Source: Octopus sinensis (Eukaryota). From it: DNA of 64,000 bases. The position numbers were made by a program, and so were the translations under genes. Below are positions 63,776 through 64,000 of this stretch, piece by piece. How positions within the stretch are numbered: the first letter of the stretch is position 1; every line of letters begins with the position of its first letter. The stretch lies in the NCBI RefSeq assembly GCF_006345805.1, contig NC_043011.1, positions 33,802,464-33,866,463 of the forward strand, read 5' to 3'. The notes beneath the pieces are model-generated. The model did no database searches. It saw only the letters and a list, made by a program, of their open reading frames with translations, and was not told where the DNA came from.

Positions 63776-64000
63776 CAAACATACATACATACACACAGGG
63801 TGAGAGAGAGATTTCACACCAAGAAAGAAAGGTATACTACATCAACTAACTGCCTAAATGCGCGTTTTGTGGTTGTGAGTTTTCAACAATAGCTTAATCT
63901 CAAAATTTAGGTGTAAGATTGGTAATTAATTAATCACCAAAAACATACAATGCGCAAGAGTATTTTCCTCGTTTTAAACATGTATATATATATATATATA

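Noticed and set aside
1-64000. Prokaryotic or phage-type systems (operons, defence islands, rRNA)
   Set aside because: None seen; the window is spliceosomal-intron-rich animal DNA.

Overview
AT-rich, microsatellite-saturated eukaryotic genomic DNA. The SINE, MITE and LINE repertoire looks like an Octopus (coleoid cephalopod) genome; that assignment is inferred from recognised repeat families, not from a search. Most of the window is intronic. Three minus-strand exons (30093-30211, 19592-19698, 12115-12187) have canonical AG/GT ends and matching phases (1-0, 0-2, 2-0). They splice into a continuous Dbl-homology (RhoGEF) domain (EEFVSTGPPSLQEKLRQRAIQELISTEESYLQDMSIVDK|VFRQPLKENGVLSDEEDKILFVNWQELIICNTKLVT|AMRVRKTCGKSKSIQTIGDILCEN) that closely follows the DH domain of intersectin (long form). 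I could not find the neighbouring SH3 exon or the next DH exon. The introns contain decayed L1/Tx1, RTE, CR1-like and HERO-like LINE fragments, several tRNA-derived SINE families, a non-autonomous Helitron, pogo, mariner and hAT MITEs, long fold-backs, minisatellites with higher-order structure and a near-perfect 330-bp triplication. The best candidate for an undescribed system is a SINE subfamily whose 40-nt 3' tail matches the 3' end of the Tx1-clade LINE in the same window (32/40 identical). Both elements sit in microsatellites or in tandem self-arrays. Almost all long ORFs in the supplied track are simple-repeat artefacts.
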